Positions 8,960 to 17,272 of a DNA stretch of 64,000 bases are shown in pieces. Below the pieces are notes generated by a model that was not told the DNA's origin, searched no databases, and saw only the letters and a program-made list of their open reading frames with translations. This DNA is from Pseudomonadota bacterium. Its GTDB lineage: Bacteria > Pseudomonadota > Gammaproteobacteria > Xanthomonadales > Xanthomonadaceae. Within the stretch, counting starts at the first letter, position 1. Every line of letters starts with the position of its first letter. The DNA lies in the NCBI GenBank assembly GCA_049323195.1, contig JBMOOW010000120.1, positions 4,814-68,813 on the forward strand, in the 5' to 3' direction. Made by a program: the position numbers and the translations under genes.

Positions 8960-9264
8960 TGATTCCCCTGTGCGCTAGGTCAGCGCCCGCTGCGCGAGGG
9001 CCGCGCATTCACGTTCGACATTGTGAAAGTCGCGTGAAAAGCGGCTATTGGAAATCTTCTGGGTCGAGTCAGGAGTTCTCCGCTAGTGCGGCCATGGAGA
9101 GGCGCGGCGCCGCCGTGGCGAAGGATTTCGGTGGGAGGCAAGGCGACGCGAGCCGCCGTGCTCCGTCTTGCGCCGTGCGCAGCGATCACCGCGGCAGGCC
9201 GAAACAAGGGCTGGTATTCGTGCCGCATGCGGGAACGTCGATTCCGGCAGCGTGTGCCGTCTTC

Positions 9265-11481
9265 TCAGCGACCCGGCGCACCCGTCGCCGAAGCGGGCCG
9301 CATGCGTTCGTGGAAGAGGTCCACCGGTTCCGGTCGCGCCAGGCCGAATCCCTGCGCCGCGTCCGCTCCCGCGCGGCGCAGCCATTCGAGCGTCTCGGCG
9401 TCCTCCACGCCTTCGGCGGTGGCCTTCGCGCCGAGGCTGTGCGCCAGTTCGATGGTCGAGCGCACGATGGCCTGGTCGGCCTCGGAGGCGACGACGCCGG
9501 CGATGAACGCGCGGTCGATCTTCACTTCGTCCGGCCGCAACTGCCGCAGGTAGGTCAGCGATGCGTTGCCGGTGCCGAAGTCGTCGAGCGAGACGCGCAC
9601 GCCATGCGACCGCAGTTCGCGCACCGCCGCCAGCGTGCGCTCGGCATCGCGCATCACGGCGGTTTCGGTGATCTCCAGCACCAGGCAGCCGGGCGCGCCG
9701 GCGACATGTTCGACGATGCCGGCGACCACGCGCGGGTCGACGAGGTCGTTGGCGGACACGTTGACGGCCAGCTCGATGTGCAGCTCCCGGCCGCACCACT
9801 GCCGGCAGAGTTCGACGGCATGGCCGATCAGGTAGAGCGTCATCTCGCCGATGACCTGCGTGCGCTCGGCAAGCGGTACGAAGTGGGAGGGGGGCAGCGG
9901 GCCGTGCTCGGGATGCGTCCAGCGCACGAGCATCTCCGCGCCGCAGACCTCGCCGGTCACGAGGTCGAACTTGGCCTGCAGCGCGAAGCCGAGGCTGCGT
10001 TCGGCGATTGCGCGTCGAAGGTCGGTCAGCAGCGTCAGGTTGCGCGGGTCGGGATCGAGGGAGGGGGTGTAGACCACCGACGAGCCGGGCACCGCGGCGG
10101 CGGCGGCCGAGGCGACGGTGGCGGCGCGCATGAGCGCACCGGGCTGCTCGGCGTGGATCGGGAACAGCGCGGCGCCGGCGGCGCAGGCCGGGTCGAGCGG
10201 CACCCCGTCGATCTCCAGCCTGCGCGAGGCCAGGGCCAACAGCTCCTCCATCGCGACTGCCGCGGCTGCCGCATCCACGGCCTCGTGGCAGACCAGGTAG
10301 AACGTGCCGCGACCGACGCTCGCCACCACCGGGCGGCCGCTATGCGTGGCCAGACGCTGCCCGAGTTCACGCAGCAGGTTGTCGGTGAAGGTGTGCCCGG
10401 TGATGGATTCGGTCAGGTGCAGGTCGAGCAGGTCGATGCGGACCAGGCCGAACGGCCGCCGCTGCGCGGTGCGCTCGGCCAGCGCGTCACGAAGGCCGGC
10501 GGTATTGAGGATGCCGGTCACCGGGTCGTGATGGAGCAACCGGTGCGCCTCGTGCTCGGCGCTGCGCTGCGAATGCACCGCCGTCGCCGCCAGACGTCGC
10601 ATGTGGCGCCAGCGCGCCAGGAAGAACAGCGCGATGCCGGCAAGGGGCAGCGCGATCCACAGCGCGACCAGCATGCCCGAGCGATGGCGTTCCGATGCGG
10701 GGGTCAGGTCGCCGAGCCAGTGCAGGTAGATGCGGTCGGCGGTGCCGCTGCGCATGGACTCCTGCAGGCCGGCATCGAGACGACGCAGCAGGTCGATGCG
10801 GTCGGGCGGCAACGCGAAGGCGTAGTCGCTGCTCAACAGCGGCGGGCTCAGCGGCACGACGTCGTCCACCCGGAAACGGCGCCGCGCGTAGAAGGCGGTC
10901 GTGGACGGCGCGAGCGCGAAGTCGGCGCGCCCGTCGGACACCGCGCGAACGGTGTCGCCTTCCTTTTCCACCTGCACGATGCGGACGCCGGGCATGCCGA
11001 CGAGCGCCTGCCAGGCGCGCCCCGCGCGCTGCACCGCCACGCGCTCGCCCGCGAGCTGGTCGAGCGATGCGATGAAACGGCCGCCGCGGCGTCCGAACAC
11101 GAGGTGATAGCGCTGCAGGTAGGGCTGGGTGAACAGAAGGCGCTGGCGGCGCTCCGGCGTGACGAGCATCGGGACCACGTCGACGGTGCCGGCCGACAGG
11201 CGTGTCTGGATGGCGAGCCAGTCGTCCAGCCGGATGTCCGCGAGCAGCCCCGCGCGCCGCGCGACATCGCGGAACAGTTCGACGTCGTAGCCCACGGGCC
11301 CCTGTTCGGGGTGTTCGAAGCTGAAGGGCGCGTAGTCGTGATCGGCCTGGAAGCGGATGCGTGCGCCCGGTGCGGCATCGCCATCGGCGGTGTGCGCCGA
11401 GGGCATCGGCAGTAACAGAATGATGGCGAGCAGTCGCGGCAGGCCGCGCTGCAGGCAGAGCTTCCATCGACTCGGCACCAT
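9265..11481 (-). CDS. periplasmic solute-binding-domain sensor with degenerate GGDEF and intact EAL domain (c-di-GMP phosphodiesterase)
   Basis: SBP_bac_3-like N-terminus, TM segment, GGDEF position reads GRGTF, EAL domain motifs AEMLVRW, NVSA, EITE, DDFGTG, KIDR, EGVE, QG; start 11481 preferred (11541 alternative). Confidence 0.85.
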   Translation of the reverse strand: MVPSRWKLCLQRGLPRLLAIILLLPMPSAHTADGDAAPGARIRFQADHDYAPFSFEHPEQGPVGYDVELFRDVARRAGLLADIRLDDWLAIQTRLSAGTVDVVPMLVTPERRQRLLFTQPYLQRYHLVFGRRGGRFIASLDQLAGERVAVQRAGRAWQALVGMPGVRIVQVEKEGDTVRAVSDGRADFALAPSTTAFYARRRFRVDDVVPLSPPLLSSDYAFALPPDRIDLLRRLDAGLQESMRSGTADRIYLHWLGDLTPASERHRSGMLVALWIALPLAGIALFFLARWRHMRRLAATAVHSQRSAEHEAHRLLHHDPVTGILNTAGLRDALAERTAQRRPFGLVRIDLLDLHLTESITGHTFTDNLLRELGQRLATHSGRPVVASVGRGTFYLVCHEAVDAAAAAVAMEELLALASRRLEIDGVPLDPACAAGAALFPIHAEQPGALMRAATVASAAAAAVPGSSVVYTPSLDPDPRNLTLLTDLRRAIAERSLGFALQAKFDLVTGEVCGAEMLVRWTHPEHGPLPPSHFVPLAERTQVIGEMTLYLIGHAVELCRQWCGRELHIELAVNVSANDLVDPRVVAGIVEHVAGAPGCLVLEITETAVMRDAERTLAAVRELRSHGVRVSLDDFGTGNASLTYLRQLRPDEVKIDRAFIAGVVASEADQAIVRSTIELAHSLGAKATAEGVEDAETLEWLRRAGADAAQGFGLARPEPVDLFHERMRPASATGAPGR

Positions 11482-12089
11482 CCAGGCCCCCCTGACTGTC
11501 GATGCCGAGTATTGCCGACCGGTCTGGCTGTTCCTCCACATGGCGTTGACGGATTGCGCTGCGGCCCGGTGCGATGCACGCCCGTTTCATGCGACGTGCA
11601 TGCCGGCGATGCGGCCGGTGCCCAGGTGTTGGGCATGCACGCCGCGGCCCGGTGCAGGTTGTGTACGCGGGCCATGAATCGACCGGCCGCAATGTCGCCT
11701 GCGACGTCGCCCGTGCAAGAAGACGCGCGGACGTCACGCGCAATATCGCGGGTGTTGCACACGGCGTCCCAGGCCTGTTCGATCTATCGGGCCATGTCGT
11801 GCATCATCGGAAGGAGGCGTGGCGTGCGTGATGCGCATCCGTCAGCGTGGGCGGCCGCGGGCGCGTTTCACTTGCCCCGGCCGCGTGCGTCGCGTGGCGG
11901 CGGTCTAGGAAATTTTCCCGGTCGACGGGGCTGCCTTGCGGGGCGGTGTTATGCGGGAAATGCGGACACGCCCACACTTTTTGCGCCTGGGGTCGAAGGC
12001 GACGCTGTGATGTACGCGCGTTCGCACGCGGGCTTTCCGGATCGGATGGATAGACTCGCCATTCCTTCCATGACGCAGGGACGCCTGGC

Positions 12090-12428
12090 GTGGATGACAT
12101 GGCAGTCGGTGGTGGCCTGCTGGCGCGCGGGGATGCCGAGATCGAGCTCGGCCGCTTCGCGCTGGAGATCGTCCGTCGCGGCGATGATCCCGAACGGATG
12201 GCCGCCTGGATCGAGGGCGCGGCGGCGGCGCTCATCGCGCGCGTATCGCCCGAGTGCCGCGCGCTCACCGCCGAGCGGCTGCGGCAGATCGCGCGGTCGC
12301 TTGGCGGAATCGAGTTGCCGGTGGCGGACACGCCCGGTCGCCCGCTATCGGCGGATGCCGGTGGCGGCCGCGAGGGCCGCCGGCCGGCAGAGGCCCGGGC
12401 CGAGCGCAGGTGCACGCCACAGGGCTGA
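12090..12428 (+). CDS. hypothetical protein
   Basis: 112-aa ORF (GTG start) with strong third-position GC bias; no recognisable motif. Confidence 0.4.
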   Translation: MDDMAVGGGLLARGDAEIELGRFALEIVRRGDDPERMAAWIEGAAAALIARVSPECRALTAERLRQIARSLGGIELPVADTPGRPLSADAGGGREGRRPAEARAERRCTPQG

Positions 12429-12443
12429 CGAGTCGCCGGCGCT

Positions 12444-12710
12444 TCAGCCGATGAGCTGGAGCTCGGCGACGAGTTCGGCACCGAACTCCCAGGGCACGAG
12501 CACGGCCTGTGCCGGCTGCCATGCACCGCCCAGGCGCCGGCGCCAGCGCGCATGATCGAGCAGTGCGCACCCGACATGCACGCAGTCGGCGGGCACGTCG
12601 CCCGATGGGGCCGCACGTATCAGCAGCCGGCCATCGTGGCGTCGGTAGACGTCGACCAGGAGCCGTGTGCCGAGCGGCCGGATACTGTCCGCAGGGAAGG
12701 TGTCAGCCAT
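12444..12710 (-). CDS. hypothetical protein
   Basis: 88 aa; start overlaps the stop of the upstream gene by 8 nt (ATGGCTGA). Confidence 0.5.
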   Translation of the reverse strand: MADTFPADSIRPLGTRLLVDVYRRHDGRLLIRAAPSGDVPADCVHVGCALLDHARWRRRLGGAWQPAQAVLVPWEFGAELVAELQLIG

Positions 12711-12951
12711 CGGCGGTGGTCGCCGATGGCTTCATGGCCGCTTCGATGAGGTCCCAGTCCGGCCCGCGCAGGCAGGCGAAGCCGTCCTGCGCGAGTGCGG
12801 CGACGACGTCGGGCGACAGGGCGTCCAGATCGATGTCGCAGACGGAATCGAAGGTGAGCAGGCCACCGCGGCGCGAGGCCAGCGGCGGGTGGAACATGGC
12901 AGGCACGACCACCAGCGCACCGTCCGTGCGCCGGAAAACAAGAAATTCCAT
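12703..12951 (-). CDS. hypothetical protein
   Basis: ATG at 12951 (MEFLVFRRTDG...); the track ORF begins at a TTG at 12960. Confidence 0.5.
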   Translation of the reverse strand: MEFLVFRRTDGALVVVPAMFHPPLASRRGGLLTFDSVCDIDLDALSPDVVAALAQDGFACLRGPDWDLIEAAMKPSATTADG

Positions 12952-13208
12952 GATGACCAACCGAGTGCTTTGAAAGGCGCGGAGCCCGCGCGGACGCGGA
13001 GCGGTCTCGGTTGTCGGCCGGGCGCCAGGAACAATCCACGTAATAGAAGCCCCGAGGAAATCGGTCGCTGGGGGCTGTGCCTCCTCCGGAGGTCGTGGCT
13101 TCGCTCGACGGGAAGCCTGTCCACCCTACACGTGCGCACGTGACGGGCAGCCCAACATCACGCACGCGCACCGATGATGCGCAGTCCTCACATGCCCGGG
13201 GAGCGCCC

Positions 13209-13877
13209 ATGAGCACGCAGACCACGCCTGTTTCCATCCGCATCGATTTCGTCTCCGACGTGGTCTGCCCGTGGTGCGCGATCGGCCTTGCGTCGCTGGA
13301 GGAGGCGATCGCGCGTGTCGGCAGCGACGTCGAGGTCGAACTGCACGTGCAGCCCTTCGAGATCAACCCGGACATGGCGGCCGAAGGCGAGGACATCGAC
13401 GAGCACCTCGCCCGCAAGTACGGCCTGTCGGCCGCACAGCTGGAAGAGAACCGCGCACGCCTTCGCGAGCGTGGCGCGGAAGTGGGCGTGGACTTCGCCG
13501 CGGGCGCGCGCTCGCGCATCCACAACACCTTCGACGCCCATCGGCTGCTGCACTGGGCGGGGGAAGAGGGCCGCCAGCTTGCGCTCAAGCGCGCGATGCT
13601 GCGCGCGTACTTCGGCGAGGGCGCGGACGTGAGCGATGCCGGCACGCTCGTACGCCTCGCCACGCAGGCCGGGCTGCCGGGCGAGCGTGCCGCGGCGATC
13701 CTGGCGTCGGACGACTTCGCCGATGCCGTGCGCGCCGAGGAACAGGCCTTCCTGCGTGCGGGCATCCGGTCCGTGCCCGCGATCATCTTCGATCGCCAGT
13801 ACCTGGTATCGGGCGGGCAGCCGGTGGCGGTGTTCGAGGATGTGCTGAGGCAGGTGGCGGCGCGGAAGCGTGGTTGA
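13209..13877 (+). CDS. DsbA-family oxidoreductase (FrnE / 2-hydroxychromene-2-carboxylate isomerase-like)
   Basis: ATG at 13209; IDFVSDVVCPWCAIG (CPWC active site), SVPAIIFDRQYLVSGGQP C-terminal pattern. Confidence 0.9.
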   Translation: MSTQTTPVSIRIDFVSDVVCPWCAIGLASLEEAIARVGSDVEVELHVQPFEINPDMAAEGEDIDEHLARKYGLSAAQLEENRARLRERGAEVGVDFAAGARSRIHNTFDAHRLLHWAGEEGRQLALKRAMLRAYFGEGADVSDAGTLVRLATQAGLPGERAAAILASDDFADAVRAEEQAFLRAGIRSVPAIIFDRQYLVSGGQPVAVFEDVLRQVAARKRG

Positions 13878-13879
13878 GT

Positions 13880-14075
13880 GCGTGGAGATCCGCCCCGGGT
13901 GCGCTGCGCTTACCCGGGCTACGGAAGGCGGCGGCGCGAAAGTGGGCGTGGAGATCCGCCCCGGGTGCGCTGCGCTTACCCGGGCTACGGAAGGTGGCGG
14001 CGCGGAAGCGGGCGTGGAGATCCGCCCCGGGTGCGTTGCGCTTGCCCGGGTTACGGCGCGCGGCGGCACGTGGCC
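13880..14075. repeat. three tandem copies of a 66-bp REP-like palindromic element
   Basis: GCGTGGAGATCCGCCCCGGGTGCG(C/T)TGCGCTT(A/G)CCCGGG(C/T)TACGG starts at 13880, 13946, 14012; each copy contains hairpin CCCGGGTGCGC/GCGCTTACCCGGG. Confidence 0.85.
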
Positions 14076-14087
14076 TAGACTGCGCGG

Positions 14088-14630
14088 ATGAGGAATCCCC
14101 TGCAGGACCAGCTGCTCAAGGCGGGGCTGGTCAAGAAATCCCAGGTGGCGCAGGTCGCGCGCGAGCAGGCGAAGCAGCGCAAGGCCAAGGCGCCTGCGGC
14201 GCCGAATGCGCAGCAACTGGACGCCGAGCGGGCACGCGCCGAGCGCGCGGAGCGCGACCGTGCGTTCGCCGCCGAGCGCAATGCGCAGGCGCAGGCACGC
14301 GAGCAGCGCGCGCAGGCGCGGCAGATCGTCGACACCCAGCGCGTGCCCGGTGCCGGCGACATCGAGTACCGCTTCATCGACGGCGGCGCGATCCGCTCGG
14401 TACGGGTCGACGCCGCGCAGCGCGGCCAGCTGGCCGCCGGCCTGCTGGTGATCGCACGCCTCGACGAGGCCTATGCGCTTCTGCCGCGCGCCGCGGCGGA
14501 GAAGGTGCGGGCACGCGATGCGTCGATGATCGTGCTCGATCATGCCGCCGCGCCGGCGGATGCGGCGCCCGCCACGGACGACGACGTCTACTACGCGCGG
14601 TTCGAGGTGCCGGACGACCTGATCTGGTAG
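14088..14630 (+). CDS. DUF2058-family protein (YaiL-like)
   Basis: 180 aa; N-terminus LQDQLLKAGLVKKSQV plus Lys/Arg/Ala-rich linker matches the YaiL pattern. Confidence 0.8.
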   Translation: MRNPLQDQLLKAGLVKKSQVAQVAREQAKQRKAKAPAAPNAQQLDAERARAERAERDRAFAAERNAQAQAREQRAQARQIVDTQRVPGAGDIEYRFIDGGAIRSVRVDAAQRGQLAAGLLVIARLDEAYALLPRAAAEKVRARDASMIVLDHAAAPADAAPATDDDVYYARFEVPDDLIW

Positions 14631-14762
14631 GAGAAACCGGGGTCGGAGTCGGGTTTCCTGCGACGCGTCCGCCGCGCGCGACCTGCAGGGCGCGCGGCTC
14701 ACACCGCGGCCGAGGGCGCCGTGTGCACCGGAGTCGAGCGCGGACGCACATGGCTGCGGGAA

Positions 14763-15135
14763 CGTGCCGGCCACGTGCGTGGCGTGCCAGCTGGAGTCGT
14801 CCTTGCGGTAGTAGCCGCCCGGATCGTGCGCGTCGGCGTCGCGGCCGTTGCCATCGCCGGCGGTGCGGCTGTCGCTGATGAAGTCGTAGCCCGGGAGGAT
14901 GTCGCCGGGCAGGTCGCTGTGGTCGGTGTAGCCGGTGTCGGACACCGCCACCACCGCGCCGTTGCCACTGGTGGTGTTCGGCGCGGATGCCGCCCGTGCC
15001 GCTCTGCATGCCCCAGGGGTAGGCGCCGCAGTGCGTGTCGTTGGGCGTCATCAGCGGCTGCATCAGCGGGACGACCTCGACCTCGACGTAGTCGGCGTTC
15101 GGGTCGGCGGCGATCCGGCGCATCAGACCGGCCGC
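14763..15135 (-). pseudogene. remnant of a subtilisin-like (S8) serine peptidase, frameshifted and truncated
   Basis: Frame A: AAGLMRRIAADPNADYVEVEVVPLMQPLMTPNDTH...GGIRA; frame B after a shift near 14980: SGNGAVVAVSDTGYTDHSDLPGDILPGYDF...SSWHATHVAGT (Asp and His regions); similarity ends there and no Ser region follows. Confidence 0.6.
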
Positions 15136-15172
15136 ACTTGAAACCCATCCATGCCAGGCGGATGTTGCCGCC

Positions 15173-15343
15173 ATGGACCCCGCCTCCGACCCGCGCCCGA
15201 TCCCGCCGGAGAAGCCCCTGCCCGGCGACTGCTGCGACAGCGGCTGCGCGGTCTGCGTGCTCGACAGCTACCGGGAGGAACTCGAGTACTACCAGGCGCA
15301 GCTGGCGGCCTGGCTCGAGCGGCATCCCGGCAACCAACCCTGA
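15173..15343 (+). CDS. small Oxidoreductase-like-domain protein (56 aa), not in the ORF track
   Basis: ATG 15173 to TGA 15341-15343; MDPASDPRPIPPEKPLPGDCCDSGCAVCVLDSYREELEYYQAQLAAWLERHPGNQP; PxxP...CCxSGCxxCV...Y motif; GC-rich third positions. Confidence 0.6.
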   Translation: MDPASDPRPIPPEKPLPGDCCDSGCAVCVLDSYREELEYYQAQLAAWLERHPGNQP

Positions 15344-15496
15344 CCGGGGGCTGCACGGCTTCCGGGAGGCCGCCGCGCGCTGTGTGGGCCACGGACCCGG
15401 GGCGAAAGCCGGGCCGCCGGCGCGGCGGGCCCGCCGTTCCGGCGCACGTGGCACAAGCGCCTAGAATCGCGCTCCCGCTAACCGCCCGGAAGGCGC

Positions 15497-16045
15497 ATGT
15501 CCCCCAAGTCCACCGTGGTCAAGGTCGAGCTGCAGGTCAGCGACATGGACCGGCACTACTACGCCAGCCATGCGCTCACGCTGGCGCAGCATCCGTCGGA
15601 AACCGACCTGCGCCTGCTCGTTCGCCTCATCGCCTTCGCGCTGCATGCCGACGAGCGCCTGGAGTTCGGCCGCGGCCTGGGCGACGAGGACGAACCCGCG
15701 CTGTGGAGGCGCGACTACACCGGCGCCATCGAGCAGTGGATCGAGCTCGGCCAGCCCGACGAGTCGCGCCTGCGCAAGGCGGCGGGACGCGCGGCGCAGG
15801 TGGTCGTGGTGGGCTACGGCGGGCAGGCGTCGGAGCTGTGGTGGACGCGCAATGCCGCCGCGCTGGCGCGGCTTCGCGCGCTCACGGTGATCGACCTCGA
15901 CCCGCAGGAACTCGATGCCGCGCTGCCCCTGCTTTCGCGCGGGGCGCGGCTCACCGCCATGATCCAGGACGGCGAGCTGCAGCTGATGGACGCCGAGCGC
16001 AGCGTCGCGCTGCGGCCCCGGGTGCGCGCGTCCGGCGGCGGTTAG
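15497..16045 (+). CDS. yaeQ: YaeQ-family protein
   Basis: 182 aa; KVELQVSDMDRHYYASHALTLAQHPSETDLRLLVRLIAFAL matches the YaeQ N-terminal pattern. Confidence 0.88.
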   Translation: MSPKSTVVKVELQVSDMDRHYYASHALTLAQHPSETDLRLLVRLIAFALHADERLEFGRGLGDEDEPALWRRDYTGAIEQWIELGQPDESRLRKAAGRAAQVVVVGYGGQASELWWTRNAAALARLRALTVIDLDPQELDAALPLLSRGARLTAMIQDGELQLMDAERSVALRPRVRASGGG

Positions 16046-16314
16046 GCCCTTCGGAGGAGACGACGGTGGACGTCGACCAGGCTCATGCGGCATTCGCGGC
16101 GCTGACGCTGGAGCAGAGACAGGCCCCGCGAGGCGGCAGAACGCCGGAAAGCGGAGAACGCACGCGCCGTGGCCGGCCAGAAGCGCATGCCGCTTTCGGT
16201 CCTGCTCGGATTCGCCGGCGGCGCGCAGCCTGGTCACGTGTTTGTCAGGCATTGGCACCTGCCCGGGATGTTCGGCGCTGGCCTCGGCACGGTCGTCGGT
16301 AGCGCCCTGCGGCG

Positions 16315-16577
16315 ACTACATGGCCGCCAACAGCTCGATCCCGCTGCCGGCGATCCGTGCCGAGGTGCGTCGCCACATCACCTGGCCGGGCCAGGCGACC
16401 AGCTACAAGACCGGCATGCTCAGGATCCAGGAGCTGCGCCGCAAGGCCGAGGCGGAACTGGGCGACCGCTTCGACATCCGCGGCTTCCAGGATGCGGTGC
16501 TCGGCGGCGGCGCGACGCCGCTCACGCTGCTGGAACGCCGCGTGGAGCGGTGGATCGCCTCGCGCAGGCAGGGCTGA
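16315..16577 (+). pseudogene. C-terminal remnant of a DUF885-family protein
   Basis: IRAEVRRHITWPGQATSYKTGMLRIQELRRKAEAELGDRFDIRGFQDAVLGGGATPLTLLE matches only the last ~90 residues of the ~600-aa DUF885 family; no upstream body present. Confidence 0.55.
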
Positions 16578-16639
16578 GCGGCGGGCCCGTCGCGTGGCCG
16601 CGCAAACATGCGTGGCCGCGCGCACCATGGCCGATCCCG

Positions 16640-17224
16640 ATGCATGGAGATCCGCATGTGACCGTCGCCAAGCGTCGTCCGCCCTGGCACGAGCTGCGCC
16701 GCCTGCCCGACGGGCGCGAGGTGCTGATCCGCCCGGTCCGTCCGGCCGACGCCGATCCGCTGCGCGCCGCGTTCCCGCTGCTGCAGCCCGAAGAGGTGCA
16801 GCAGCGCTTCATGTGTTCGATGAAGGAGATGGCGCCCTCGATGGCGCGGCGCCTGACGCGGATCGACCCGCGCAGCGAATTCGCGCTGGTGGCCGCCGAG
16901 CCGCTGCCGCCGGGCGAGGCGCGCGTCGGCGCGGTGGCACGCATCGCGCTGGACCCGGGCGGGCGACGCGGCGAGTTCGCCATCCTCGTCAGCCACTACC
17001 TCGCGCACATGGGGCTGGGCCGGCACCTCATGACGCGGCTGGTGAAGTGGTCGCGCCGCCGCGGGCTCGACGCGCTCTACGGCGACGTGCTGGAAACCAA
17101 CGGCCCCATGCTGCGCCTGGCCGACGCGCTGGGCTTCGCGCGCCGCGCGGGGGCCGAGCCGGGGCTGGTGCGGGTGGAACTGGATCTCGCGGCCCTGCGT
17201 GCCGGCGCGGCACCGGCGGGTTAG
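16640..17224 (+). CDS. GNAT-family N-acetyltransferase
   Basis: ATG at 16640; LIRPVRPADADPL...EFAILVSHYLAHMGLGRHLMTRLVKWSRRRGLDALYGDVLETNGPMLRLADALGF. Confidence 0.85.
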   Translation: MHGDPHVTVAKRRPPWHELRRLPDGREVLIRPVRPADADPLRAAFPLLQPEEVQQRFMCSMKEMAPSMARRLTRIDPRSEFALVAAEPLPPGEARVGAVARIALDPGGRRGEFAILVSHYLAHMGLGRHLMTRLVKWSRRRGLDALYGDVLETNGPMLRLADALGFARRAGAEPGLVRVELDLAALRAGAAPAG

Positions 17225-17272
17225 TTCGCGTCTTCGGGTTCGGACGCGCCGGTCGGTGGAACGCGGCGTGAC

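Noticed and set aside
8701-11415. 904-aa plus-strand ORF
   Set aside because: Antisense to the well-supported SBP-GGDEF-EAL gene. Low-complexity Arg/Ala/Gly composition with no motifs.
11512-12555. 347-aa plus-strand ORF in the region upstream of the EAL gene
   Set aside because: Arg/Ala/Ser-rich low-complexity translation with no motif. It conflicts with better small ORFs, so the 11541-12090 interval is treated as non-coding.
13870-14091. 73-aa and 66-aa ORFs with internally repeated peptides; possible CRISPR-like array
   Set aside because: The peptide repeats arise only because the 66-bp DNA repeat is a multiple of three. The units are contiguous with no unique spacers and are internally palindromic. 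This makes it a REP-like tandem, neither a CRISPR array nor a gene.
13188-14954. 588-aa minus-strand ORF
   Set aside because: Only its first 64 codons show S8 peptidase similarity. The remainder is antisense to the yaiL-like and dsbA-like genes and the REP array.
16169-17224. 351-aa ORF taken as one gene
   Set aside because: Only the part from ATG 16640 has GNAT features. The upstream 157 codons are Arg/Gly/Pro-rich and overlap the DUF885 remnant in another frame.
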